Source of the DNA: a virus
Lineage: Duplodnaviria; Caudoviricetes
Strand: one strand, 5' to 3'
DNA: 62,354 nucleotides
Virus record (IMG/VR): IMGVR_UViG_3300015158_000001
Coordinates: 1-62,354 of that record
The position numbers and the translations under genes were made by a program. The stretch's first letter is position 1, and every line of letters begins with the position of its first letter. The notes beneath the pieces are model-generated. The model had not been told where the DNA came from. It saw only the letters and a program-made list of their open reading frames with translations, and made no database searches. Positions 49,268 to 58,809 of this stretch are shown here, piece by piece.

Positions 49268-49974
49268 CAGGCGGCTAACTCGATCGGCTGGATAAGCTCC
49301 GGATCGTCGCCGCTCGCGCGCGAACTGTTCACTCGCTGCGATACTGGCCATTTCCGCAGCATGTCCTCCGCCGCCGGCACCAACATCTCCTTGCCAGCCG
49401 ACCCATCGAGCCAGGCACCGAACTGGTCGGGCCGCAGCAGCACCGGCATACGGTCGTGCACCTCGGCGACGAACGCGTTCGGCTCGGCGATGACCATTGC
49501 GCACGAATGCAGCTCCTTGCCTTCGTTGTCCGGATCGTTCCAGCGGTCCCAAATGCCGGCGATCGTCAGGATTGGCGTGCCGTCACGCGCCGTGAAGTAA
49601 TAGGGCTGCGGCGGAGTGCCCTTCTTGGCGCCCGGCATGTGGTGCCATTCGTAATAGCCCGACACGGGCATCAGGCAGCGGTTGCGCTTCCAGATCCCGC
49701 GAAAGGTCGGCTTCACCTCGATCGTCTCTGTGCGCGCGTTGAAGGTCGCGACCTTCCAGTCCTTGATCGTCTTCTTGTGAAAAAACGGAATGATACCCCA
49801 ACGCATACGTTCGAACGCGCGCTTGCCGTCGCGCTGCACAATGGTTGGGACGATCTGTGTCGGGCAGACATTGTAGTTCGGCTCGAAATTCCAGGGCGGC
49901 GGCCCTTCCATCGCGAGATCGTAGAGCTTCGCGACGTCCGACCATTTGAGGTCGGAGGAATAGCGCCCGCACAT
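49267..49974 (-). CDS. SRAP / SOS response-associated peptidase (YedK/HMCES family)
   Basis: MCGRY, NYNVCPTQ, FNARTET, GYYEW, HDRMPV. Confidence 0.95.
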   Translation of the reverse strand: MCGRYSSDLKWSDVAKLYDLAMEGPPPWNFEPNYNVCPTQIVPTIVQRDGKRAFERMRWGIIPFFHKKTIKDWKVATFNARTETIEVKPTFRGIWKRNRCLMPVSGYYEWHHMPGAKKGTPPQPYYFTARDGTPILTIAGIWDRWNDPDNEGKELHSCAMVIAEPNAFVAEVHDRMPVLLRPDQFGAWLDGSAGKEMLVPAAEDMLRKWPVSQRVNSSRASGDDPELIQPIELAA

Positions 49975-49996
49975 TGTAGCTGTCCTTTTGGTTTCT

Positions 49997-50416
49997 TCAG
50001 CGCGGCGCGTCGTGCGAAGGCCGCAGACCGTCAAGCTGCGCGAAGGGCGGATTGGGAGAACAACGCTGGCATGACAGCGACGGGATCAATCCGGTGATCG
50101 GCGTCTCAGGGTGTCGATCGAGCGTGCGCAGGTCGACCTCACCTTGCACCTGGCAGCCGGGGCAGTGGAAGGCGAGCAGCGGCAGCTCGGCTCGGATGGC
50201 GCCGTCGATCGTGGGGACGAACAGGGGCTCGGCGCCGCGCCGCCGGCGGGCATCCCAGAGGGCGAGCACGCGCGCCGCGAAGCGCGTGTCGGCCCGGCGC
50301 TGGGGTGCGGCCGCCATATGGTCGAACCACGCCTTGACGTGTGCCCGCTGGAGATACGCGCGTTCGGTCTCTCGGCCCATGCCGGGAGGGTAGGTCTGGA
50401 CTCGGCCAACGGGCAA
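49997..50416 (-). CDS. Zinc-ribbon protein
   Basis: FHCPGC...LSCQRC; start uncertain. Confidence 0.6.
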   Translation of the reverse strand: MPVGRVQTYPPGMGRETERAYLQRAHVKAWFDHMAAAPQRRADTRFAARVLALWDARRRRGAEPLFVPTIDGAIRAELPLLAFHCPGCQVQGEVDLRTLDRHPETPITGLIPSLSCQRCSPNPPFAQLDGLRPSHDAPR

Positions 50417-50512
50417 GCCGCTAGGGCGGCAGCGCTACGAACGAGGGTAGAAGGCTCAAGCTGCAACCCGCATGCCGCGTGCACTGAGGCAGCAAAATGG
50501 AAAAAATAGAAG

Positions 50513-50545
50513 AAAACCCCGCCAACTCGCGCTGGCGGGGTTTTT
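50513..50545. terminator. Bidirectional terminator
   Basis: AAAACCCCGCCA...TGGCGGGGTTTTT. Confidence 0.75.
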
Positions 50546-50720
50546 CGATGTCGAATCCGCAGCTAAAGTCGCTGTCCGGCGTTCGACGAACCATGGCGAA
50601 CAGTCTCGCCGTAGTTCAATCTTACAAAGCTTAGGTTGGATTTTCGTTGCGTTCCGTCAAATTTTTTCGCGCTGGAACCAATGCCGGACGCTCATCTAGA
50701 GGCTCCTGGGGCAATATGCA

Positions 50721-52367
50721 ATGGCAAATCCGATAGTGTTCCGGCGTAACCTAGACGTCGGTGCCGCCGACGCGGAGTCAGACGACCTATACCTCGCTAA
50801 CTGTTTTGTTGACACCGGCGACCTCCAGATACTCAAAGACTGTTCCGATCCGAAATGCCTCATATTGGGCCGCACGGGGTCGGGTAAGACCGCGTTGCTC
50901 AAACAGGTTCTAAAGGCTCCCTTTGCCGTTGACCTGTCGCCCGAAGATTTGGCGCTGAACTACATCACCAATTCACAAGTACTGAAGTTCTTTGAAGCGG
51001 CAGGCGTACACCTTGACGTCTTTTACACGCTCCTCTGGCGGCACATAATCACAGTCGAATTGCTGAAACTGAAGTACGGCATCACCAATCAAGAGAAACA
51101 AAATTTTTTCCTTAAAAAGATCGGGCAGATGTTCGATCGCAACGAGACCAAGACGAAAGCTCTGAAGTACCTTAGCGATTGGGGAAGCCGATTTTGGGAG
51201 GAAACGGAATATCGGACCAAGGAGTTCGTCCGGAAGCTTGAGACAGACCTCAAGGGCGCGGTGAAAATTGATGCGAAGTACATTGCGCTCGGTGCGGAGG
51301 GCGCACGCAAACTCACCGAAGAGGAGAGAATTGAGGTTCACAGCTACGGAACGCGCGTGGTCAATGGAGTTCAGGTCAAGGAGCTTCACGATGTCATAAA
51401 CCTGTTGTCTGAAGATATCTTCACCGATCCTCAGCAAGCGCACTATGTAGTGATTGATCGACTTGACGAGGACTGGGTGGACGACTCCATCCGGTTCAAG
51501 CTCATTAAGGCGCTTATCGAGGCGCTTCGAACGTTTAAGCGGGTGAGATATGTGAAGGTCATCGTAGCGCTGCGCATGGACCTCCACTTCCGGGTGCTTC
51601 GCGAGACGCCCCAACCAGGCTTTCAGGAGGAGAAGTATCGATCGCTGTACATGGAGATGAAGTGGACACGGCAACAGCTTGAAAAGATGTTGAATGACCG
51701 GGTCACTTTCATGTTCAGGCGACAATACACACGGGAGGGCGTACGCCTATCCGATATCTTGCCCGGCAACCAAATCGACCAACGCTCCTCCCTGGAGTAC
51801 ATCTTAGACCGCACCTTTTTTCGGCCGCGCGAGGCGATCATTTTCCTCAACGCATGCCTTGCGAAAGCCGAGGGAAAATCCAAAATTACGGTCGGCCTTC
51901 TTAAGCAGGCAGAGATGATCTACTCCCAGCAACGGTTTGTATCGCTCGCGGACGAATGGCGGCGCGACTATCCGAATTTGCAGAAAGCGGCGCTCCTGCT
52001 CTTGGAGAAGCGGGTCACACCCTTCACGCCGAAAGAAATATCGACCGAGGATTGCGAGAAGCTCTCATTATCGATCCTAGAAGACAAACATGAGGATGCG
52101 ATAAAGCGCTGCTGTGAGGCGCACTACCTTGCGAACAACAAAACCACTGAGGTGGACTTTCTCAGATGCATTCTGGCCATCTTCTACCAAGTAGGATTGA
52201 TTGGGGTGAAAGCAGAAGCGCACCTCAGCCGGTCGTGGTCCTTCATGGATGAGCCGGTTTTAGAACAAGGACAGATACACGAAACATCGATCATTGACGT
52301 CCACAAGACCTTCTGGGCAGCACTCGGGGTCACCACTCGTGACAAGCGCGCATCGAGTTCCTTGTGA
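50721..52367 (+). CDS. Stand-alone P-loop ATPase (Sll1717/FunZ-like), lower-GC moron
   Basis: GAADAESD, GRTGSGKT, VVIDRLDEDW, RPREAI; codon usage differs from the backbone. Confidence 0.75.
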   Translation: MANPIVFRRNLDVGAADAESDDLYLANCFVDTGDLQILKDCSDPKCLILGRTGSGKTALLKQVLKAPFAVDLSPEDLALNYITNSQVLKFFEAAGVHLDVFYTLLWRHIITVELLKLKYGITNQEKQNFFLKKIGQMFDRNETKTKALKYLSDWGSRFWEETEYRTKEFVRKLETDLKGAVKIDAKYIALGAEGARKLTEEERIEVHSYGTRVVNGVQVKELHDVINLLSEDIFTDPQQAHYVVIDRLDEDWVDDSIRFKLIKALIEALRTFKRVRYVKVIVALRMDLHFRVLRETPQPGFQEEKYRSLYMEMKWTRQQLEKMLNDRVTFMFRRQYTREGVRLSDILPGNQIDQRSSLEYILDRTFFRPREAIIFLNACLAKAEGKSKITVGLLKQAEMIYSQQRFVSLADEWRRDYPNLQKAALLLLEKRVTPFTPKEISTEDCEKLSLSILEDKHEDAIKRCCEAHYLANNKTTEVDFLRCILAIFYQVGLIGVKAEAHLSRSWSFMDEPVLEQGQIHETSIIDVHKTFWAALGVTTRDKRASSSL

Positions 52368-52448
52368 GGATTTTAATTCGATCTGGGGCGCGTGCATTTC
52401 GTTTTGGCACGCAACACGACGGTTCAGGTCGCGATCATTCATTGCACC

Positions 52449-52649
52449 TCACACCACCGGCCATTTCTGCCGTCCAAACAGCGCGTGCGCCTCGACCTCT
52501 CCGAGCTCGCGTGCCTTGTCGATGACGGGTTTTGTCTTTTCGACCAGCGTCGTCAGGTTGGCGAGGTTCGCGCCCATCTGCACTTTGATGTCGATGCGCA
52601 CGGTGATTTCCTGCGGTTCGGGGGAGGGCGTTGCTTGGGGCTGGCTCAT
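52449..52649 (-). CDS. hypothetical protein
   Basis: AAGGAAG RBS. Confidence 0.5.
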   Translation of the reverse strand: MSQPQATPSPEPQEITVRIDIKVQMGANLANLTTLVEKTKPVIDKARELGEVEAHALFGRQKWPVV

Positions 52650-52680
52650 GGGACTTCCTTTGTAAAGTGGATCACGGCGG

Positions 52681-54363
52681 TTACGGGAACAACCAATTCT
52701 GCGCCTTGAGTTCGCCGCGCCCGTCAATCAGCTCGAGCGATCGCAGCCGGCTCAAATATGTCGCCCATGTCCCCGATGCGGGGCTATAGCCCGCAGCCTC
52801 AGAAACCTGCGCATGTGACAGGCCTTGCGGGTAGTGCTCGAGCATCGGCCGAAGGATGCGGACGAGCGGGCGGTCGAGCTTTGACAGGACCGTCAGACGC
52901 AGCTGCTCGCCGGTCGGTGGCGAGGCTGGTTCGTTCACCGCGGCCACGCCCGCCTCGGTCAGCACCAGGCCCCCGCGCCCTTCGATGATGCCGGCGGAGC
53001 GAAGGCGGCTGAGATATGTCGCCCAGGTGCCGGACTTGTGCGAATAACCGGCGATAAAGCCGACCTGCGGATGGCTCGGAGCGGGGACGCCGAGCACATT
53101 CCACCACCGGATCGCGTCGATGATCTTCTGTTCCGGTCCGCTCAAAGTCCCATCGCCGCTCGCCGCCGGCGATGGGGTTGCGCGCCGGCTCGGGAGAGGC
53201 TTCTTGTGCTCGCGCGTCGACCAGCCCTCGATCGTTTTCACGTCGGCCTTGAGGGCGGCGAGCTGCTGCTCGAGCGGCGCGATCTTTTCGCGGATGCCGC
53301 CCATCATGCCGTGCGCGGTCTTCATCGCATCGGCGTAGCCTTCGATCTTGGCGCGCATCAGGGCCCGTTCGTCGGCGACCTTGACCTCGACGGTCTTGGT
53401 CTCGGCCGGTCGGACGCGGAGCTGATGCTGCAGGTCCGCGATCTGGGCCTTCAGCGCCTTCGGATCATTCGCCTTGGTTTCGGCCTCGACGGTCGCGAGC
53501 TTGTCCTTGAGCCCGGCGAGGTCGAGCGGCTTCAGGACGGTGTTGCGCTTCTTCTCGCCCCGCTTCGGCGTGCGCGAGCTATCGAAGGTGATGTTCTGCG
53601 GGAACGTCTCGGTCGAAAGAATGCCGCGCCCCGGGATCCACACCACGCCTTCGCCCTGCTTGAGCGTCGGCAGCGACGCCAGGATGGCCTTTCCCTGCTG
53701 CCGGTCGGCTTGCCCTTCGATCCAGGCGCCGATCGCATCGCGATCCTGCGACGAGGTGAGCTTGAGCGCGATCAGGCCGTCCGCCTGCGAAAGGACGTTC
53801 TTGTTGAGCACCGCCGGGCGCTGGGTGATCAGCCACGGGATGAAGCCCTTCACCCGGCCGCGCCGCACGATTTCTTCCATGAGGTGCGCCAGCATCGCCT
53901 CGTTCCCCATGGGCTTCTGCGGCGCCCACAGATCGGCCTCGTCGAAAACGACGTGATACGGATCCCGCGCGTCCGGATCGGTGCGCTCATAGAGCGCGTC
54001 GAGGAACGCGAGCATGAACCGCTGGCGCGCGGCGCTCGTGCGCAAGCCGGTCAACGACACGATGCAGCTATCCGGCGATCGCGCGACCGCTTCGCCGATC
54101 AGTGCACCGGAATGCTCGGTAATCGGCAGATCGGCGTGCTTGCCGCCGAGGATCGCGACGCTAAACCCGCCGCCAGGCTTGCCGTCAGAGCCAAGCCGCA
54201 ATCCGAACCAGACATCGAGCGGATCGACGACCACCACCCGGTGTTTTTTGTGCAGCAGCAGCTCGACGCGACCTTTCGCTGCGAATGTCTTGCCCGAACC
54301 CGACGTTCCGATGAACGCGAGCCGGTCATCGAGCGCGGCGGTCGGAATGGGATTGTGCGTCAC
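52681..54363 (-). CDS. HerA/FtsK-like (DUF87) ATPase with tandem C-terminal wHTH repeats
   Basis: GTSGSGKT, VFDEAD, RRGRVKG, ITQRPA; SGTWATYLSRLRS occurs twice. Confidence 0.85.
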   Translation of the reverse strand: MTHNPIPTAALDDRLAFIGTSGSGKTFAAKGRVELLLHKKHRVVVVDPLDVWFGLRLGSDGKPGGGFSVAILGGKHADLPITEHSGALIGEAVARSPDSCIVSLTGLRTSAARQRFMLAFLDALYERTDPDARDPYHVVFDEADLWAPQKPMGNEAMLAHLMEEIVRRGRVKGFIPWLITQRPAVLNKNVLSQADGLIALKLTSSQDRDAIGAWIEGQADRQQGKAILASLPTLKQGEGVVWIPGRGILSTETFPQNITFDSSRTPKRGEKKRNTVLKPLDLAGLKDKLATVEAETKANDPKALKAQIADLQHQLRVRPAETKTVEVKVADERALMRAKIEGYADAMKTAHGMMGGIREKIAPLEQQLAALKADVKTIEGWSTREHKKPLPSRRATPSPAASGDGTLSGPEQKIIDAIRWWNVLGVPAPSHPQVGFIAGYSHKSGTWATYLSRLRSAGIIEGRGGLVLTEAGVAAVNEPASPPTGEQLRLTVLSKLDRPLVRILRPMLEHYPQGLSHAQVSEAAGYSPASGTWATYLSRLRSLELIDGRGELKAQNWLFP

Positions 54364-54680
54364 GACGCCTTCCGATCCCGCAGGCCCTTCAGCAAGGCGA
54401 TCTGCGCTTCGATCACGCGGGCATTCGCGATCCCGAGCTCCGGGCTGTTCGGCGCGATGACCTGGTCGGCGAGAGCCAGGAAGAATTCCCGCGCCAGTTC
54501 CGGCTGGCTCAATCCAAGCCATTGGGAGAGATAGATCACCGCGTCGACGGTGAAGCCCCACATGTCGTCGCCGGTTTCGTTGGTGTGGCCCCTGCAGGCG
54601 CGATCGAGGCGATGCTGCATGGACGCGCAGCGGGCTTCGCTGGTGTCTCTATTATTGTCGTTGACGGGGAGGGTGGTCAT
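54360..54680 (-). CDS. hypothetical protein
   Basis: Coupled ORF. Confidence 0.55.
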   Translation of the reverse strand: MTTLPVNDNNRDTSEARCASMQHRLDRACRGHTNETGDDMWGFTVDAVIYLSQWLGLSQPELAREFFLALADQVIAPNSPELGIANARVIEAQIALLKGLRDRKAS

Positions 54681-55177
54681 TTAGGCGGCCTCCCGTCTTC
54701 CAGCCCGCGGTGGAGCTTCCCGACCGCATTGAGAAAGCCGCGGCACAGGCGCAGCTTGGAGCGGTCACTGACCGTCGTCTCGGTCTTGAGGTCGCCAAGC
54801 TCGATCGACACGGTTTTTTGCGGGTAGGCAAAGCCGTGTTCGGCGTCCGGCTCGATCGGCGTGCCCTTATGGCAGTAGAACGCCTGTCCCTGCTTGAGCT
54901 CGCCGATCAGCTCGCGCCATTTGGCGGGATCGGCTTTTTCGGGCGAGCCTGGCCGCAACGCGCAGTTGTTGCACGGGTCCTTGAACGAGCCGTGCGGGTC
55001 GCCCGTGTCCCACAGGTGCTCTGGAAGGAACGGCTCGTATAGCGTTTTGCAGTTCTGGCAGGTACCGAGCCCCGGCCCGAAGCCCTTGAAGCGGAGCGCC
55101 GGATCGTAGGCGATCTTGCTGCTGGCGCATTTCGGGCAGTGCAGCGTCGAGCCGCGAAGGTGGCGGGGCGCGCTCAT
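54677..55177 (-). CDS. Cys-rich hypothetical protein
   Basis: CPKC, CQNC, CNNC, FYCHKG, LCRG. Confidence 0.6.
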   Translation of the reverse strand: MSAPRHLRGSTLHCPKCASSKIAYDPALRFKGFGPGLGTCQNCKTLYEPFLPEHLWDTGDPHGSFKDPCNNCALRPGSPEKADPAKWRELIGELKQGQAFYCHKGTPIEPDAEHGFAYPQKTVSIELGDLKTETTVSDRSKLRLCRGFLNAVGKLHRGLEDGRPPK

Positions 55178-55190
55178 GCCGCACCTGCCG

Positions 55191-55597
55191 ATGCGACCAC
55201 TTTCGCGACCAGTCCCGAGGGCGAGCAGCCCTTGGCGGCGGTGGCTTCACGGGGAGGAGCGGGGCGGCGGTCGCCCGCGGCGTCTTCTACTTGACGCTGA
55301 GTCACAGCGGGAAGGGCGCATCCCGACATGCGACCACTTCTGCGACCTCGCAAATCGACCTTAGATTCGCGGGATTCGCTAGATTCGTACCCCCGGGCCG
55401 GGCAAGAAATTCCCGTAAACCCGCTATATCTTTGAAAGGTAAGTGGAGGCCACGGCCGGAATTGAACCGGCGTAAACGGTTTTGCAGACCGCGAATCCTT
55501 TCTCACGCACGTCGACACTTTCCCCTGAGTCATCATGCGCTTAAATCCTTCTGTCCCGCGCCGAACCGTTGACCCTGCGACTCTTTCCGCGACTCCC
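55191..55597. repeat. Putative integrase arm-type sites (paired GCGAC repeats) flanking the attP core
   Basis: ATGCGACCACTT at 55191 and 55328; TGCGACTCTTTCCGCGACTCCC at 55576. Confidence 0.6.
55444..55492 (-). other. attP core: 3' part of tRNA-Cys(GCA)
   Basis: Minus strand reads GCGGTCTGCAAAACCGTTTACGCCGGTTCAATTCCGGCCGTGGCCTCCA (anticodon arm, T-arm, CCA) with no 5' half; 40 nt downstream of the integrase. Confidence 0.9.
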
Positions 55598-56747
55598 CGT
55601 ACTTGGCTTTTCGCTCTTCTTCCGACGGCACGAAGTCGAGATAGATCTCCGTCGTCTTCACGCTGGTGTGGCCGAGCCGCTTCTGCAGGTCATAGATCGA
55701 GCCGCCGGCCTGTAGCCAGTCGACCGCATGACGGTGGCGCAAATCGTGGAAGCGGAAGGGGAGCAGATCGGGCGCTGGCACACCCGCCAGCTTCGCTGCC
55801 TTCACCTCCTGCGCGATGACACGGCGCACCAGCGTGTGGAACGCGCCAGAAACCCCGCTGTAGGGCTGCGCGACCGTCTGGACGCCAGGGTGCAGCTTGC
55901 GCCTGCCGCGCCTGGACCCGCCGGCCTCATGCCAGAACAGCCATTTGCACCCGAGCTTGGGCGGAATGGCGCGGACCGTCTCGTACGCGCCGCCGAAGTC
56001 CAGGTCGATGACGCGCACCTTGTTGCCCTTGCCGCGCAGAGTGAGTTGCCGGCGGGCATGGTCGACCGCCTTGCGCTCGGCCGTCACCAGCTCGTTCAAT
56101 CGACACCCGGTCGCCAGCGCGACCCTGATGAGCGGAGCCAGGGATGGGGACGCCGCAGCCATCACGCGTTCGATCAGCGAATGGTCGGGCAGCACGATCG
56201 GGTCGCGGCGCTCCTTCAGGCGCTTGAGACGGTAGAGAGCCGGATTGTCGTTTTCCTTGCGCACGCCTTCGCCGATCGCGAATTCGAGCACGCTGGAGAG
56301 CGCGGTCAGATCGCGGCGGATCGTTGCCGTGCCGGCGCCTGCGTCGCGGCGCACGCCAACGATTTCGGCAATCTTGGCGCTGTCGATCTCGTCGACGTGG
56401 AGAGAGCGCAAATGCGGCTCCAATTGCCTGAGTGAGACGGCGTAGCGCCGCGCCGTGTTCGGTCCGACCGCGTGCACGACCCAATTCTCCGCCCAGCGCG
56501 CCGCAATATCCTCGTAAGTTGCACGCGCTCCGCCATAGGTCGCAGCCTTCAGCCGCGCGATGTCTTCTTTGACCCGATCGCGAGCAGTTTCGACATCGCC
56601 CGTTCGTAGCGACCAGCGGCGGAGTCGTCCGGCGACGCGGACGCGACCTTCGAGCGTCCAGCCGTCCTTGGCGCGCCAGACCCATTGGGTGTTGGTCGGA
56701 GCCTTTCGCGGGGGCTTGCCCCTGCGACGACTTTTCGCGTCTGACAT
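55533..56747 (-). CDS. int: Tyrosine integrase
   Basis: TGCRLNEL, GKGNKVR, FHDLRH, LGHTSVKTTEIY. Confidence 0.95.
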   Translation of the reverse strand: MSDAKSRRRGKPPRKAPTNTQWVWRAKDGWTLEGRVRVAGRLRRWSLRTGDVETARDRVKEDIARLKAATYGGARATYEDIAARWAENWVVHAVGPNTARRYAVSLRQLEPHLRSLHVDEIDSAKIAEIVGVRRDAGAGTATIRRDLTALSSVLEFAIGEGVRKENDNPALYRLKRLKERRDPIVLPDHSLIERVMAAASPSLAPLIRVALATGCRLNELVTAERKAVDHARRQLTLRGKGNKVRVIDLDFGGAYETVRAIPPKLGCKWLFWHEAGGSRRGRRKLHPGVQTVAQPYSGVSGAFHTLVRRVIAQEVKAAKLAGVPAPDLLPFRFHDLRHRHAVDWLQAGGSIYDLQKRLGHTSVKTTEIYLDFVPSEEERKAKYGESRKESQGQRFGAGQKDLSA

Positions 56748-56944
56748 TGCTCGTTCTCCAGTTCGCGCAGCCAGGCGCGCAGCTTGCCCAGATCGAACGT
56801 CCACTCGCCCCGGATCTTGATCGCGCCCGGGATTTCGCCGGCCTCCGCCATCTGCTGCGCCACGCGGCGGCCCTTGCCGATGATCGGCAAAGCCGCGGCC
56901 ATATTGATCCGCTCGGGCTCGATTCGTAGCTGGGTTGAGGCCAT
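56549..56944 (-). CDS. xis: Excisionase-like HTH protein overlapping int
   Basis: GEIPGAIKIRGEWTFDLGKLRAWL. Confidence 0.75.
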   Translation of the reverse strand: MASTQLRIEPERINMAAALPIIGKGRRVAQQMAEAGEIPGAIKIRGEWTFDLGKLRAWLRELENEQCQTRKVVAGASPRERLRPTPNGSGAPRTAGRSKVASASPDDSAAGRYERAMSKLLAIGSKKTSRG

Positions 56945-56957
56945 TGTTCACAGGCTC

Positions 56958-57140
56958 CTACGGCTCGCAGTCCGGACAAAAATGCATCCACTCGCCCACG
57001 ATCTTGCGGGCCTTCCAGCCGTCGCGCTTGGCGGCGCTCCAGACCAGTTCGAAGTTGCCCTCGTCCGGGAGACCGAATTCGGCGTCGCAGGTTGCGCCGT
57101 CGCAGGCGAAGAGGAGCTTGCCGTGCTGCCGGTCGATCAT
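56958..57140 (-). CDS. small zinc-binding protein
   Basis: CDGATC...AKRDGW...HFCPDC. Confidence 0.6.
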   Translation of the reverse strand: MIDRQHGKLLFACDGATCDAEFGLPDEGNFELVWSAAKRDGWKARKIVGEWMHFCPDCEP

Positions 57141-57328
57141 GACGCCTCTGCCTCCGAAACCGCTGCCTCACGCGCGTCGTGAAATCCCTGCATCCAGATC
57201 GCGCGGGCGCGCGATTTTTCCTTGAGCGGACAGTCGGCGGGCTTCTTCCCCTCGGCGAATGCTTGCGCGCCTTGTTCGCGGAAGGTGCCGACGGCGGCGG
57301 TGTTGGTTGGTCCGTGGATCACTTTCAT
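57137..57328 (-). CDS. Rmf/CrpP-fold small protein
   Basis: GAQAFAEG...DCPL...RAIWMQGF. Confidence 0.55.
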   Translation of the reverse strand: MKVIHGPTNTAAVGTFREQGAQAFAEGKKPADCPLKEKSRARAIWMQGFHDAREAAVSEAEAS

Positions 57329-58167
57329 GGCGTGCTCCCGGGCCGTGTTGTGCCGCGCTTCTTTTCACGAAGCCGATGCTCGAGCTTGGCCACGGCCATG
57401 ATCGTCGGCTTGAGATCGTCCGGCGCTTTGTCGTATCGGCGGCCGGACTTGCCGTTGAGGCGCGGCAACAGGCCGCGCGGAACGAGCTCCCAGTTCGACG
57501 GATCGGTGTTGAGCTTGTCGCCAAGGCATTTCAGCACCATGCCGTCAGGCACCGGCCCGTGCGCCTGTTCCCAAAGCCAACGGTGTTTGTGAACGTAGCG
57601 GCGCTCGAAACCCGTGTGAGGGTTGGTCTCGTTGACGCTGATCTCGACATAGCCTTGCGAGTTGACGCGCTCGTGGCCGGCGAACTTCGTGTTGTGCGCT
57701 AGCTGGCCCGTCTTGAACTGCGTTTGAGCGCTGTTCACGTTGAAGGGCAGCTTCTTGCCCTTGCTCCAAGGGACGGCGCCTTTGTTGAAGTGCCCGTCTC
57801 GCCCCGTCTTCCACTTTTGTTTCTTGCGAAAGCCGTTCAGACCGCTCTTGGTCACGTCGTTCCGGTTGAACCGCTCACAAAATGTTCGATGATACTCCCC
57901 GATCACCACCGTGCAGTTGTCGCGGAGCCACCCGACCTCGGCCGCGGAATACTTGGTGTGCCGCCCGAGCATTCGCACGCGGGCGAGTTCCGGGCCGACC
58001 TTCCAGCCGAGCCGCTTGCGCAGGCCGTGAAGGTGCGCGGCGGTCACGTCGGCCCTGCCGAACGCGGCGACGAACCCACGATGATAGTCGCTGATGACCA
58101 TCAGCCGGTTTTCCTCCAGCCAACGCATTTCAGCCGGGCTGTATGGAATGCGCCGCGCCCGCGTCAT
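57325..58167 (-). CDS. HNH-family protein with duplicated N-terminal DNA-binding repeats
   Basis: FNKGAVPWSKG, GHERV, KHRWLWEQAHGPVP...SNWELV. Confidence 0.75.
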   Translation of the reverse strand: MTRARRIPYSPAEMRWLEENRLMVISDYHRGFVAAFGRADVTAAHLHGLRKRLGWKVGPELARVRMLGRHTKYSAAEVGWLRDNCTVVIGEYHRTFCERFNRNDVTKSGLNGFRKKQKWKTGRDGHFNKGAVPWSKGKKLPFNVNSAQTQFKTGQLAHNTKFAGHERVNSQGYVEISVNETNPHTGFERRYVHKHRWLWEQAHGPVPDGMVLKCLGDKLNTDPSNWELVPRGLLPRLNGKSGRRYDKAPDDLKPTIMAVAKLEHRLREKKRGTTRPGSTP

Positions 58168-58433
58168 TTCTTCGGCCCTTCAATGGCACGGGTTGCCTTC
58201 GTCGTTCCGAGTTCCGGCAGAAACCGCGACGCATCGACGTCGCCGGTTTCCGCGGAAATCTTCGCGGCCTGAACCTGCAGGCTGGCGTGGTGCAGGATGC
58301 GATCCGCGACGGCGACGATTGCGCCTCCGCGCTTGACCTCGGCGTCGAGTTGCTCGGTCGTCAGGTCTTCGTCCGCCAGCCGCTCAATCTGCGCGAACAA
58401 GTGATCGTTGAGGTCCGCCAGTTTATTTTTCAC
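58164..58433 (-). CDS. Conserved phage protein
   Basis: MKNKLADLNDHLFAQIERL, a common partner of this HNH type. Confidence 0.7.
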   Translation of the reverse strand: MKNKLADLNDHLFAQIERLADEDLTTEQLDAEVKRGGAIVAVADRILHHASLQVQAAKISAETGDVDASRFLPELGTTKATRAIEGPKK

Positions 58434-58809
58434 TTTGTCGCCCCATCTTCTTCACCCGCTTCTGGAACGGCCGGCTCGGGATCCTCGATTTGCGCTCGCG
58501 CTTTCCGCCACAGGGGCGCGAAAGCACCTTGCGGACGAATTCGACTTGGTCTTCCGTGAGCCGCTTCATCTTCGCGACCGAAGACGTGTCGGCGCGGCTT
58601 TTCTTGCGGTGCGGCGCGATCAATCGCGGCGTTAAATTCCAGAACGCATTATTGACCTCGACGGCGTGCAGGATGCCGTGGTCGACGTGGTAGAGCGAGA
58701 TGATCTGGTCCTCGTGCATCAATTTGGCGTCGTCATAGGGGACGTCGCCGAGGGCGAGGAGCGCGCAGGCGTATTTGGTCTTGAAGCTGATGTGGGCGCG
58801 GGCGGTCAC
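58423..58809 (-). CDS. HNH-like protein
   Basis: HVDH...NNAFWNL...HRKKS...IPSRPF. Confidence 0.55.
   Translation of the reverse strand: MTARAHISFKTKYACALLALGDVPYDDAKLMHEDQIISLYHVDHGILHAVEVNNAFWNLTPRLIAPHRKKSRADTSSVAKMKRLTEDQVEFVRKVLSRPCGGKRERKSRIPSRPFQKRVKKMGRQSEK

Noticed and set aside
50439-50601. Alphaproteobacterial LexA box (GAAC-N7-GAAC) upstream of the SRAP cassette
   Set aside because: Only imperfect matches were found (GAAC-N7-GAAG at 50439, GAAC-N6-GAAC at 50588).
55444-55520. Intact tRNA-Cys gene
   Set aside because: The D-arm and 5' acceptor strand are missing; it is an att core.
55174-55536. 120-aa ORF spanning attP
   Set aside because: It crosses the att core and arm repeats and has no recognisable protein features; probably spurious.
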